Shown piece by piece: positions 21,834 to 32,643 of a stretch of 64,000 nt of DNA (positions are counted from its first letter, which is position 1; every line of letters begins with the position of its first letter). The stretch covers positions 5,920,001 through 5,984,000 of the forward strand of contig OZ240241.1 of NCBI GenBank assembly GCA_965198115.1, in the 5' to 3' direction. The position numbers were made by a program, and so were the translations under genes. Below the pieces are notes generated by a model. That model was given only the letters and a program-made list of their open reading frames with translations, was not told where the DNA came from and did not search any database. This DNA comes from Candidatus Latescibacterota bacterium (lineage in GTDB: Bacteria > Latescibacterota > UBA2968).

Positions 21834-22718
21834 TCACCCCAGCAGATCGCCCAATGCCACATCGATCGTCCCGTGTCGAAACGTAAAGCCCGTTTCCTCG
21901 AGACGAGCAGGTAACACCCGTGAGCTCGCCAGTAGCAACGCATCGGCCATCTCGCCGAACGCCAGCCTCGCCGCGAATCCTGGCATCGGAAAGATCGTCG
22001 GTCGATGCAGAGCGCGTCCGAGTGCTTTGGTGAACTCTTTATTCGTCACCGGCTCGGGCGCCACCGTGTTAGCCGGTCCCGATAAGTCGGTCGTCAGCGC
22101 GTGTAGAACTGCGCTGGTCACATCCTCGATCGAGATCCAGCTCATATACTGGTTTCCATCCCCGATCTTCCCACCAACGCCCATTTTGAAGGGCGTCAAC
22201 ATCTTCGCCAAAGCACCCCCTTCGGTGCTCAACACGACGCCCAGTCTTAGATGAACGACCCGAACACCCGCTTCGATAGCGGGCCCTGCTGCGGCTTCCC
22301 ATTCCTTGCACACATCCGGAAGGAAACCCTCACCTGCCCCACTGACTTCTGTCAGTTCCGTATGGCCCCGATCGCCGTAGTACCCGATCGCCGATGCGCA
22401 GATCAATGTCGGTGGAGACTGCTCCATCGCCGCCATCGACTGGGCCACTGCCTCCGTGCCCTGCACCCGGCTCTCTCGAATCCGTTCCTTCTTCTCCGCC
22501 GTCCATCTGCCTTCCGCAATGTTTTCGCCGGCAAGGTGTACGACGGCATCGATACCCTGGAGTGCTCCAGACTCGATCCCTGACGCGGGGTTCCAGTGTC
22601 CCTCTCCCTCCCCCGGCGCCTCTCTGACGAGGCGGATGACCTCGTGATCGGCAGCCGTCAGGACCGGAACCAGAGCCGACCCAACAAGACCGGATGCACC
22701 CGTCACTGCGATTTTCAT
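21834..22718 (-). CDS. TIGR01777-family NAD-dependent epimerase/oxidoreductase
   Basis: TGASGLVG, HLAGENI, SAIGYYG and G.G.QYMSWI. Confidence 0.93.
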   Translation of the reverse strand: MKIAVTGASGLVGSALVPVLTAADHEVIRLVREAPGEGEGHWNPASGIESGALQGIDAVVHLAGENIAEGRWTAEKKERIRESRVQGTEAVAQSMAAMEQSPPTLICASAIGYYGDRGHTELTEVSGAGEGFLPDVCKEWEAAAGPAIEAGVRVVHLRLGVVLSTEGGALAKMLTPFKMGVGGKIGDGNQYMSWISIEDVTSAVLHALTTDLSGPANTVAPEPVTNKEFTKALGRALHRPTIFPMPGFAARLAFGEMADALLLASSRVLPARLEETGFTFRHGTIDVALGDLLG

Positions 22719-22888
22719 GCTTGCCTCCGTAGGAAGGATCCCTGATAGGAATAGGCCGAGAATTCAAATGCGGGCATTCGGAAAGAGATCTGACCGCATC
22801 CCACCGCTCTATTTGGTGAAACGAACTGCCACGCCCGCTCTCCGCCGCCGAAGCGGCGCAGCCGCGAAGGCGGATCGCTACTCGGATG

Positions 22889-23452
22889 TTACAGCTTCTC
22901 GATCGCGGCTTTCAACTCGGCCGGTTCGAAACCCCACGGCCCCCTCTCACCCGCATAGGCGATCAGACCCGCTCGATCGATCAGATACAACCGCTCCGGC
23001 CACGCGACTTAGGCTTTCATGACCGCATCATCCATCTCATCCACGTATGTCTTGATCCCATAGGCCATGGCTGCTTCGCAGTCCTCTGCAACCGCTCTTC
23101 GCTCTTCGATCGTCTTCGGGTCACTGATGTCTGGGCCCTTGCCTTCTCCCAGGTGCCATCCGTCGAGCGGATGGGCTTCCCGAATGTAGACAACCAGGAA
23201 CTCCACTTGCTCGTGATAGTCCCGGTAAAGATCCCGAAGGCTGACCGCCTCGCGAACGAAAGGTGGTCAGGTGAAACTCCCGAAAACCAGCGCCACCGAT
23301 CTTTTCCCCGCGAAATCCGACAATCTAACCCGGGACTTCCCGTGCGTATTACCCAATTCGAAATCAGGTGCGCTCTCACCGGCGCGAGGTGTCTGCGACT
23401 CGTGTTTTTCGTACCACACGTCGTATTCGTTCCGGTTCATGATAAACGCCAT
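22889..23452 (-). CDS. Iodothyronine deiodinase-like selenoprotein (Sec UGA at 23267-23269; extra in-frame TAA at 23009-23011)
   Basis: One continuous frame reads APDFEL...FGSFT-UGA-PPF...VYIREAHP.DGW...KA-TAA-VAWPERLY...GPWGF, the deiodinase signature. Confidence 0.85.
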
Positions 23453-23460
23453 CCACGACC

Positions 23461-24018
23461 TCAGTCGCTTTTCGAATTGCTCTTCTGAAAGACGCCCAAC
23501 GCCGAATCCAATTGCTCTACGAAAAAGCCCCCGTCTTCGAGTGGGGCCAGCGTGGATTTAACCTCGCTGAATCGTTCCCTGGCTTCGACATCTTCGGGGC
23601 TCTCAACAAGATCCACAATGAGCGAATAACCTTCGGCCAGGCGTTGCCCGGATTCTGAACCCGTTCTCACCGAACGCGTGTGAAACGCCTCGAAATGCGT
23701 ACGTGCCGCTGCGTGGTCGCCAGCTGCAAGATAGTGCGCGCCCAAAAGCCAGTGCGCGTTCCCCATCGGTTCGTCCCCTCGCTCTTTCGCAAGATCCGGA
23801 TCAGCCGATTTCCGTCCCATCAACAAACCGTGTTGCAAACCGGCGCGTCCCAACGCCACCGACAAACCCAGATTCTTTTCCTCCCAGTAGAAGTGGCGCT
23901 GCAACTCGTTGTACAATTTGAGCGCCGCCACAGTGTCATCCTGTCCGTCGAGAAACTCGACGACCGAATAGACATCTCCCTCGCGCAGTCTTTCGAGCGC
24001 CTCCTCCTTCACCGACAT
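23461..24018 (-). CDS. Hypothetical helical (TPR-like) protein
   Basis: ORF in operon-like position between the TauD and deiodinase-like genes; AHWLLGAHYLAAGD helix. Confidence 0.6.
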   Translation of the reverse strand: MSVKEEALERLREGDVYSVVEFLDGQDDTVAALKLYNELQRHFYWEEKNLGLSVALGRAGLQHGLLMGRKSADPDLAKERGDEPMGNAHWLLGAHYLAAGDHAAARTHFEAFHTRSVRTGSESGQRLAEGYSLIVDLVESPEDVEARERFSEVKSTLAPLEDGGFFVEQLDSALGVFQKSNSKSD

Positions 24019-24034
24019 TTCTTCCTCGGCCAAC

Positions 24035-25279
24035 TTAGTGGACATCGATGATTTCGCGGGGCGTTGTGCAGCCACCCGTGATATGCGCCTCGAGCCATTC
24101 AGGTTCGTCTTGACGCGGCAGTGTCAACGCCGGTTCACCCTTACAGCTCAACCGGTAGAGCAGCCGGGCGTCGACCAGCGCACGGATGTTCGACTTCACC
24201 GGTGGTGAATTGTGAAGGGTCATATAGTTGTCCCACAGTGTCACGTCTCCGGGGACGTGAAGATGGTCGTATCGGAATTCGGGCTTGAGCACGTACGCCT
24301 CGAGCCGGTCCAAGAATGTCCTCGAGTCATCCATCGTCATCCCATCCACCTCGACCGCTGGACGCACACGTGGACGCGAGGCCCAGATGGGACTGTGCAA
24401 TGACTTGATCCCGGATCGCGGGTTCGTACGCACCAGAGGAGCAAGCCAGCCTTCGTCGCCCTCGTTCAGACGTCGTCGGAGCTGCGTGCCCTCGAGCTCT
24501 TTCCGTTCGGATTCGGGTAGCGCCGCGAACGCCGCCGCCGTGTCGGCGAACGCCGTCTCCCCGTTCAACGGAAGGCGCTTGCGCAATCGGATCAGCTCGT
24601 CATCCGAGCCTTCCAGATACGGATGTGGATCACGGGTCGAATCAGGCTCCTCCACCCAGGACCCACCGGGCCCATCGCGCGCAACGGGAGACTTGTGGAC
24701 AAGGAACATCGACACGTAGATCGGCAGGGGCTCGTATTCGATATCCGTATGCCAGGATCCTCCCGGACCCACCTTCACAGGCTCCTTCTGCTTGGCCGAA
24801 TTTCCTCGAAAGTTGGAGACGATGAGCACCGTCGGTGATTCGTGCGGCAAACACTGCAGCTGATCGGGGAAGGCGGTGTTGACGTTGGCCACTCTGCGTT
24901 CCTCGAACGGGATCCACTCGATCGGACCGTCACTGTCACCATCGGACTGCGCCGGTTTGCCACCCCGAAGGAAGTTGTTGGGGTGGGGCACGGGCGCCCC
25001 CCAGTGGTTCGCGAAGCGCTCGAAGTGGGCGAGCGAAAACGTGTCGAGATCCTGCCCGGCAATGCTCACAATCCCGAATCGGCTCAAGGCGTCTAGCAGA
25101 AACGTGACTTGCTCAGGGCTCAATCGGGGGCGAAGATCGACACCGATGAAGCGTCGCCCAGCTCCGCTGGAAGCCAGTGGACCTTCACTGCAAGCATCGC
25201 CGCCAAAAAGGTCCTGCAGTCGTGTTTCCAGGTCCTGCTGTCCCATTTCTCGATTCATAGCCCTACGTCCCATAGACAC
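24035..25279 (-). CDS. TauD/TfdA-family Fe(II)/2-oxoglutarate dioxygenase
   Basis: WHTD, GETAFADT and GDVTLWDNYMTLH...R..YR. Confidence 0.88.
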   Translation of the reverse strand: MSMGRRAMNREMGQQDLETRLQDLFGGDACSEGPLASSGAGRRFIGVDLRPRLSPEQVTFLLDALSRFGIVSIAGQDLDTFSLAHFERFANHWGAPVPHPNNFLRGGKPAQSDGDSDGPIEWIPFEERRVANVNTAFPDQLQCLPHESPTVLIVSNFRGNSAKQKEPVKVGPGGSWHTDIEYEPLPIYVSMFLVHKSPVARDGPGGSWVEEPDSTRDPHPYLEGSDDELIRLRKRLPLNGETAFADTAAAFAALPESERKELEGTQLRRRLNEGDEGWLAPLVRTNPRSGIKSLHSPIWASRPRVRPAVEVDGMTMDDSRTFLDRLEAYVLKPEFRYDHLHVPGDVTLWDNYMTLHNSPPVKSNIRALVDARLLYRLSCKGEPALTLPRQDEPEWLEAHITGGCTTPREIIDVH

Positions 25280-25432
25280 GGTGTCAGCGAAAGAAATCTA
25301 CGCACATAATAACACGATCCGTTCCGTCATCCACATGTCTGATCGCGATCTCAGGTCTGCAAACGAGATCGCCCGCCGTTCCGAAGGAACAACGGGCGTT
25401 TTCTATAAATCTCCGAAATGTTCGGTTGCTAT

Positions 25433-25669
25433 TCAAAGTGTCTTCTGGCGAACGCACGTCCAGATCCTGATTTCAAATACTTCTCGAAATCTCGGGCCAT
25501 CTCCTGTGATTCGAAGGCGATGTACACTCTCAGCTTCCATGTCGGTACCGTGATGTGCTTTCACACTTGCCATCATTGTGTTGCTTGAATCTTTCCCCAA
25601 TGTCCCACGCATAGCCTCTATAGACTTTGCCGGATATGCTAAGCTCTCAAGGACATACACGTAGTGCAT
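25433..25669 (-). pseudogene. Small GIY-YIG nuclease, frameshifted, flanked by REP-like hairpins
   Basis: MHYVYVLES start. Downstream frame gives FEKYLKSGSG. Upstream hairpin AGCTCGCC-GACA-GGCGAGC. Confidence 0.65.
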
Positions 25670-25857
25670 TCCCTGCCTGATCGACTATGGACTCGAAGGC
25701 ATGTGCCAGAGTTTAATTAGATTCAGCCGACCGTGCCAGGTGAGAACAGAAATGCCCGCCGTCGCCCAAGGGCTATGGCGGGCACCAGCCTTCGCTTGTT
25801 CACTATTTTTCCTCACTGGCCTGCCAGCCATAGCTCGCCGACAGGCGAGCGTAAGGC

Positions 25858-25868
25858 TGGTGGAGGCG
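25858..25868. repeat. Distal att site (duplicated tmRNA 3' end)
   Basis: TGGTGGAGGCG(T)GCGG versus TGGTGGAGGCGGCGG at 62172. Confidence 0.8.
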
Positions 25869-25937
25869 TGCGGCGCCACCCAAAATGTCTGTAACATGCT
25901 GTGACCGTGTGCATCAAGGCAGACAAATCGCCGAAGA

Positions 25938-25956
25938 TACCCCCAAAACTACCCCC
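25938..25956. promoter_or_regulatory. Integrase arm-type binding repeats (TACCCCC x2)
   Basis: The same heptamer occurs three times at 62040-62068 and inverted at 62010-62016, near the other att site. Confidence 0.65.
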
Positions 25957-26089
25957 ATTTTGGAGGCGCTGCCAACGGGCGGGGGGTCACCCTGAACCCT
26001 CAACCGGCGCCGAGTCCCCCGGCACCACGGCGAGTACTGGATGTCGCTGTAGGTGACACGCACGTAGCGCGGGCTTCGACCCGTTTCGT

Positions 26090-26683
26090 TATGGAGGTGC
26101 CGAAGCGAACGCGCGGACGCTCAGCAAAAAAGTGCGGCGTGAGAACACCGGTGAAGAGTTGATGCATGCTCGTAACGGGATCGCACACCGCCATGGCGCC
26201 CAGCGTATCGCCGTGATACGCACCGCGTAAGGCTACCATCTTCTGTTTGTCAGATTTTCCACGCGCGGCTTGATACTGGATCGCCGCCATCTTCATAGCA
26301 ACTTCGACAGCTACCGAACCGGAATCCGAAAAAAAGACGGCATTGAGCCCTGGGGGTGCTATCTGGATGAGTCTTTCGGCCAGCCGGATCCCGGGTTCGT
26401 GTGTAAGCCCGCCGAACATGACGTGGGACATGTAAACAAGTTGGTCTTCGATGACTCGATTCAGAACAGGATGATTGTAGCCATGGATGGCGCACCACCA
26501 GGACGACATGCCGTCGATGAGTTCTTTTCCGTCGGCGAGGCGCAGCCGAACGCCTTCGGCGGAAACAACAGGAAAAAACGGGGGTTTTTCCCCGGTATCG
26601 CCGCCGAGTATGGATGCCGCCAGACCTGCGCGCGGTCTGCAGCCAGCAGTTCCTTCCAATGCGTATCCGGCATGTTTCCTCAT
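26090..26683 (-). pseudogene. bioA: Adenosylmethionine-8-amino-7-oxononanoate aminotransferase, N-terminal fragment
   Basis: WRHPYS, DGMSSWWCAIHGYNHP, SHVMFGGLTH, DSGSVAVEVAMKMA and YHGDT. Frameshifted and truncated. Confidence 0.85.
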
Positions 26684-26759
26684 GCGACGACTTCCTGAAA
26701 TCTTTAAGCAAATCCAGGGTTACTTCCCACGCGGCCGTGTTACTGCCTGTGGTGAGTTA

Positions 26760-27040
26760 ACACGCCCTGCCCGCCGTGCTTGCGCGCAGGCCCTTCCAGG
26801 TGTGCACATGGCGATCAGCACTAGCGCGAAAGGGAGGGCGGTGGCGAGGATGGCCGCCTGCGCAGCCACGAGGCCGCCTCCGAGCAGCAACCACCAGCAC
26901 GAACGCCAGCAGCAGCAGGGCGAGCAGCAGGTTGGCTTCGCACAGCCGCTTGATCCCCTTGTCCATCCCGCTGACAACCGACGCCAGCGCCATGCCGGTG
27001 ATGCCGATGATCAGCAGCACTTGGGTGGTTGTCGGTCGCC
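26760..27040 (-). pseudogene. BCCT-family transporter fragments
   Basis: SVVSGMDKGIKRLCEAN and LLLGGGL.AAQAAILATALPF pieces joined by a deletion. Confidence 0.6.
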
Positions 27041-27590
27041 GGCACGGGCGCTTATCGTGGGCTTTGTCCGGGTACACCTGACGCCAGGAGAGCCACCAGC
27101 GAAGGCACGGTAGGTGAGCCATAGGTACAGGTCGAGTCCCAGGGCGCAGCGTTGAGCGCTGGCCGTGGTGTAGTTCAGTCGAGCAGAGCAAGATCGCTCG
27201 AACCCGATCTTCGGTGCCGATCACAGTCTGCTACCCCCACCCGCGGGGGTAGTTGGAAGACACCCTCTCGCGTTCGGGTAGAGGAATCAGCTCCTTGAAG
27301 AGGTCCCAACTCGCTTTTAGGGGGTTCACTACGGGGGGAATCCGGATATCAGCACCCGGACTATACTCGATCTGCATTTTGGATGCAAGCACTCGACCAA
27401 GATCAAAACCGGCACTCGATGGAATGGATCACCCACTCTCTCGTTGCAACGTTGAAGCGGCGATGTCAGGCGGCTGGCGATCCCGTGGCTACCTTGACGA
27501 TATAGGCGAGTGTAGTGATACTTGCACTATTGATCGGGACCCGTAGGATTCGGAGTGCATTCGTGCTACGCTCTTTTGTTGTTTTAGCAA

Positions 27591-28007
27591 CATCGCGAGC
27601 GTCTCGCGAAGCATCCACACACGTTGACGGATGTCGTGCTTCTGTCTAGCGATGCGCGGATGGGTAAGCTGACTCACGAGGAAGAGAAAACGGCACGATC
27701 GGTAATCGCAGAATGGCGTGAGTTCTATGGCTTCGGGACGAAAAGAGAGCATAGAAAAAAGACCACGGGAAGCGCCAGACATTCATTGAACTCCTCTCAG
27801 AAGAAAAGATGAATCCAGAGGAAGCAATGAGACGACTCAAGAGGTCCGTTGCCTCGAGTATGACGATGAGGGGAATTTGGTGCGGATCTACTGGACCGAC
27901 CATTATGGAGGAGGATTCCTCTGGATTGCGGCGGATAGGTAGTCGATAAGTTCTGGATGTGAGGAAGAGGGATTAAGATCCTGGGTTTCTTCCGGCTTTG
28001 CTGATCG
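27591..28007 (+). repeat. ~420-bp repeat, copy 1 (inverted copy at 57000-57423)
   Basis: Near-identical reverse complement of 57000-57423. Includes the 3' end of the DUF3800-like gene. Confidence 0.92.
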
Positions 28008-28970
28008 AATGCAGTGATCAACCTGAAGCTGTCCGATGGCTGGCGAAAGTTTGGCAGCATACTCATCTTGGGAAGAAGCGAAACGCAAGAAGTAGGCCAC
28101 ACTCCCCGCAAGGACATCTGTCAGTTGTAGGCCAGCATGGTCGTGCGAAGGCCTCATCCTTGTCTCGCTCACAGCCACTGGGAAACGACATGGAATATCG
28201 TTGATGATGAAATCCCTCTTCGGCAAGTGTGGATCTACAACAGCATCCCAGATCCGTCCTTGCTTAGCGAAGTTCCCTGATTCGTCATGGATGAGTACGA
28301 TGCGTCCATCATTCTGAGCCCTCCAAGCACCCATGAGGCAGAGGGTATTGCTTAGCGCGAGATCCAGACAGTCCGGCGATTGATCCAACAGTCTTGGTCC
28401 AAGGTTCGTCTGCCCTGCCCGCAGAAACATGAGCAGATCATCGAGCTCGGTCGGTGAAGTTCGGTTGTCAATGAGGGCAAAGAACCGCCTGTACTCTCGC
28501 AAGGTTCTCTTGCGCATCATCGCTTGAAAGCGAGTAAGGAGTTCTCGGAAGAACCTTCTGCCGCCGAATGCTGGGAGGCCGTAGTACATCAAGTTCGCCA
28601 GGACTACGTTTCCACCACCTGCGTAGAGATCGACGTCATCCGCGTGCGCGGCACTCTCAGCGACCAAATCGACCATCTTGGTTACAAGGGCGAATTGCTT
28701 GTCAGTCACTGACAGCTTGTAGCTGCGCGGATTGGATGCGATGTGGGAGATAAAGTCGGCCACCATAGCCTGTTGCGAGGGGCGTCGGCGGAGAGCAGAG
28801 TGCTTCAGTTCCGCTGCTTTCACGGCTGAAAAGAAGGTGTCCTTTATCCCTAAACATACTTCTTCGGTCAGATTCAGGGTAGCGAGCACGAATGCTGGTT
28901 GCTGTCCATTCAGCAAATCTGCGCCAGTGAATCCACACTCGTCGAGGAAGATCGATTCGTTTTTCGACAT
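27903..28970 (-). CDS. DUF3800-like protein (predicted nuclease-fold, defence-island associated)
   Basis: N-terminal IFLDECGFTGADLL..QPAFVLA, ELKH, IHDES and C-terminal S...AGLQLTDVLAG. Confidence 0.7.
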   Translation of the reverse strand: MSKNESIFLDECGFTGADLLNGQQPAFVLATLNLTEEVCLGIKDTFFSAVKAAELKHSALRRRPSQQAMVADFISHIASNPRSYKLSVTDKQFALVTKMVDLVAESAAHADDVDLYAGGGNVVLANLMYYGLPAFGGRRFFRELLTRFQAMMRKRTLREYRRFFALIDNRTSPTELDDLLMFLRAGQTNLGPRLLDQSPDCLDLALSNTLCLMGAWRAQNDGRIVLIHDESGNFAKQGRIWDAVVDPHLPKRDFIINDIPCRFPVAVSETRMRPSHDHAGLQLTDVLAGSVAYFLRFASSQDEYAAKLSPAIGQLQVDHCIRSAKPEETQDLNPSSSHPELIDYLSAAIQRNPPP

Positions 28971-29812
28971 TTGTCTGTGCGGCCAGGGACGGCAGCAGCC
29001 TTCAAAGCACCGCCATTGCAGGTAACGATCGGCGTGCCGGGCCGCCACTTGCTGATTGATCGAGCAGCGAAGCCGATTGCGGAAAACGAAGAACGGACGC
29101 GGATCTGTACGGGGTTGGGGTCGAGATGCTTGGGCTCGGGCACGTTTAGTTAGGCGTGGGGAACCCCTATGAAAAGAGCTCAGGGAACTTATTCTTTAGG
29201 ACTTTCGTTTCTTGGGCTCCAGAAGGCAGGAGCGCGCAGATCCCCTTGAGCTTCTCAAAATCTGTCATATTCCCCTGCATCTTGTAGTTCATCGCCAGCG
29301 TTGTCAGGATTCGCGTCAATGAACTGAGCTGTCGGTGATGAGCGACATTTAGAACTCCCACCCTCTACATTCCAAGCGTCGGATACGATCGGCTCGCGCC
29401 GGAGTATCTCAACATTCGATATTCGCCGCTCCGACTATGTAAGCCAGGCCCTTGCGGGCCGTATTCGCGTCTCCCTGACCGCAGAGGTACAGAGCGAGGA
29501 TCTCATCGCCCGAAACAATGCGCTGGAACAGTGTCAGGAAGTACCGGGTCTACGGTCGTTGCAAGGGGCTTGTCTCGTCGTCTTCCGTTCAATCGCCGAC
29601 TGGTTGGGATTCGGCGTGAAACATTCGGCTCTGCAGGGCGGCGGATTTCTGCTTGATTTTGCCTTCCTTCCCCAAGGCCCCCCAGAGCCGACAGGCGATC
29701 TGTCCCGCGTGCGGAAAAAGGTTGTCCGACGCGTGGTCTTCCAAGTGGGTGACAATGGCGTCGCCTACAAGGTTGGTTCCGACCAGTTCCACTTCAGGCC
29801 GCCAATAATGAC

Positions 29813-30130
29813 GTGAGTTGGGGCACATTGGAGAGGGGAGCTAAGCCTCTGGACGTTCTGATCATAGGCGCCGGTCCTGCCGGGTGCGCGACGGCCATCC
29901 GGGCGCGCCAAGCCGGGTTGGGTGTCGTCATGGTGGAGGCGAAGGAATCGCCGCGCCTCTCGCCCGGGGAGACGCTTCATCCGGGCATTGAGCCTTTGCT
30001 AAGTCAGATGAGTGTCCGTGATGAGGTCCTGAGGGCCGGTTTTCGGCGCCACCACGCCATCTGGTTCACGAAAGACGGTGTGCGCCAACTCACTCCATAC
30101 GGCGAAGACGAAAATGGCCCATGGCTAGAC
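29813..30130 (+). pseudogene. FAD-dependent oxidoreductase/halogenase-like N-terminal fragment
   Basis: DVLIIGAGPAG and PGETLHP. Similarity is lost after ~30130, where an IS remnant begins. Confidence 0.65.
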
Positions 30131-30134
30131 TTCC

Positions 30135-30200
30135 AGTCTGCGCACTTCGGCCTCGATCTCGGCTTCTTTCTTCTTCATCCGGCCGTAGGAAAGGTTCCCT
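30135..30200 (-). mobile_element. IS1182-like transposase remnant
   Basis: LSYGRMKKKEAEIEAEVRRL motif only. Confidence 0.45.
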
Positions 30201-30409
30201 TCCGGCTTGTAGACACGAAACCGAGTAGAAGTGCTCAACGGAAACCTCCAATTCAGAGTCGGAACCTTGATCGCACTTCTACAATACGAAATCTTCCTCC
30301 GGCTGGGTACTCCGACAGGCTCCTGGGAAGAAACCACAAGAACCGGGGCGCTGACGCGCTTCCTACACTCCGCTACGGCCCTGCGGGTGACTCCGCCCCT
30401 CCGCTGCGG

Positions 30410-32203
30410 CTACAAATCGCGCGTCTCTTCATCCACTGGCAGCGTGTCCTGTGGTTTTTCAGGCCATCCGAAGGACTCAAACGTTTCAACATCTTTACCG
30501 AGCGGGAAGAACAACTCCCCCAACACTCCTTCGCTATACCCCAAGTTTTCAGACTTCGAACTCTTGAAACAGTAGGCATACCCGCCGCTCGGCCCGATGA
30601 CGATTCGCCCCGTTGATTTCAGTTCCTCCGAGTCCTTGATGTGAATCACAACGAAACGGTCCCGTTCGATCCACACGCTGTCCACGATATCGCCCAGCCG
30701 CGCGTAGATATGGTTGATGCACTGCAAGGCGTGCCAGCAGGCGCTTGCCGCCTCCTGCCTGTGTTCCACCGCGACCCGGGTGATCTTCATCGCCAGAGTC
30801 GCAACCGCGCCGTAGCTCTTGACGATCTCTTGCGGGTTGCACGCCGACACCTCCCAAGTCTTCGTTGAAGGACTCATCGGGGCCGATGGGTCATCGAACA
30901 TTTCTTCGAATGACTTGTACGTACGTCCGCTTCCCCGGTGAACCACGGGTATGACAAACTCGTCCCGTCCGCGCTCGTCGTTCCAATCGCGTTCGTCAAG
31001 AGCAATCTCCTTTGCGACCGCATCTTCGTCGTCCGCGTCGCTCCTCTCCTCGGACCCTTGCTCCAACTCCAGAACCGGGTGTTCAGACCCGGTATCTTCG
31101 CGTCTTTCGGCGCGGCGCAGATCCCCAATTCCTCGGCCGTCCGTCTCGAGATCCTCCGTGGCAACCTTTTCTTCGACCCGTTCCCGCCGCTTGATGTCCG
31201 ACGAAACCACCTGGCCGTCGGAGTTTCGGGTTTCCAAACGCGTTTCCTCTCGTTCCTCCTTGCGCTCCTTGACTGTCGCCCGCCTGTAGCGCTCCGTCGC
31301 GGACCTCTTGACCGGTCGCGGCAACAGGGCGCCGTCCTCTCCGACGGTCTCCGCCGGCGCGGGCGACGGCCGTATCAAGCCGCCTTCCGTCTGCGTCAAC
31401 GCGTCGCGCATCATGCCCGAGATCTTCAGCAGCACCGTTTCCTCGGTGGCCCCTCCGTTCAGCACCACGAACCGGTACTCTCGCTGTGCCGCGTGCGTCA
31501 TGGGCTTGGCGAACAAACATGCCGCCATCCGCCTCACTTCATCCTCTTCCCCGGTCAGCATGTCGTACAGTCGGTCGGTGTAGACGACCGGCCCATGAAT
31601 GATCCACTGGTTCCTGTGCTTCGTTCGCGCCCCCGCCGCCCCGTTGCTTGTCCCGGTTAACCATGCATCCTTTTCGCGCGGACCGATCTGCTCTGTCACC
31701 ATTCTCGCCAGAGCTTGGGCGAACTTCGCCGGCTGCCCGATCTCCGACACGTGATCGTAGTCTTCATCCAGCGAGGCTCTCCATGCATCCCACTCGGCTT
31801 CATCCGGTCTGATCGACGCGCAGAAAATCCACCAGTCCTTGCCATAGGAAAAGCTTTCTGTTCGCGTCTTTCTCCTGCTGTGCTCGACCCGGTGCACGGG
31901 CTTCATTACCGATCCCACGAGCTGAAGGGCATCGTTGAGGTCCGTGGTCGCACGTCGCTTCGCCGCCTCTTGCGGCGTCTCCGCTTCCACCGCCACGTCC
32001 TCTTCCCTTGCGAACCCTTCCTGCTCATCCCGAATCAATACCACCCCGTATTCCCGGAACCGTTCCGGCTTCGAGATGAGCAGGGTCTCTCCGTCCTCAA
32101 GCGCATGCTCCCGCCTGCAGCCCTTCACGAGGCTTCGAATCACCGTCCTCTCCGCTTCTTCGCGCAAGTCAATGTAGCTCGTCGTCATGACTCGTCGACA
32201 CAT
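30410..32203 (-). CDS. Hypothetical 597-aa protein
   Basis: Long uninterrupted ORF with WIFCASI, HGPVVY and FAKP...QREYRF motifs, a charged linker and a C-terminal domain. Confidence 0.75.
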   Translation of the reverse strand: MCRRVMTTSYIDLREEAERTVIRSLVKGCRREHALEDGETLLISKPERFREYGVVLIRDEQEGFAREEDVAVEAETPQEAAKRRATTDLNDALQLVGSVMKPVHRVEHSRRKTRTESFSYGKDWWIFCASIRPDEAEWDAWRASLDEDYDHVSEIGQPAKFAQALARMVTEQIGPREKDAWLTGTSNGAAGARTKHRNQWIIHGPVVYTDRLYDMLTGEEDEVRRMAACLFAKPMTHAAQREYRFVVLNGGATEETVLLKISGMMRDALTQTEGGLIRPSPAPAETVGEDGALLPRPVKRSATERYRRATVKERKEEREETRLETRNSDGQVVSSDIKRRERVEEKVATEDLETDGRGIGDLRRAERREDTGSEHPVLELEQGSEERSDADDEDAVAKEIALDERDWNDERGRDEFVIPVVHRGSGRTYKSFEEMFDDPSAPMSPSTKTWEVSACNPQEIVKSYGAVATLAMKITRVAVEHRQEAASACWHALQCINHIYARLGDIVDSVWIERDRFVVIHIKDSEELKSTGRIVIGPSGGYAYCFKSSKSENLGYSEGVLGELFFPLGKDVETFESFGWPEKPQDTLPVDEETRDL

Positions 32204-32643
32204 CGCCCGTCGCGTGAACCTGAGCGCATTCGGGATGCTTCAGCGCCAATTCTGTGCTGTGCAGGAACACACTGGCGACCTCAGGCCGCCCCACCCGTCA
32301 GCGTCTGCCTTAGCCCCTGTGCGATAATCCGATCTTCCCCGTCGTTGAGCGTGTGTGCTCAGCCTGCGATTCCCCACCGAGCGGACGTGAGGCGGCTGGA
32401 AGAGCAAATCTCGGCCGGGCATTGACCCACCATGCCGCCTTTCCTATATTAACAGTCCCCACTCGACAGGCTGTGCTAAGTCTTTATTCTTCACATAGAT
32501 CGAAGGAACTCGGCCCTCTCCCCGCCAACAAGAGGGGTGTTCCGTGGACAACACGGCTGAATTCGAGGATCTTGTTCAGAAACTCGACACGTTCGAACAG
32601 GAGGCCAAGAGTCTCCAGGAAAAAATCGCCCGCCTGATGCACG

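Noticed and set aside
26000-27113. Functional biotin synthesis or BCCT transport locus
   Set aside because: Both are short, frameshifted fragments lacking most of the protein.
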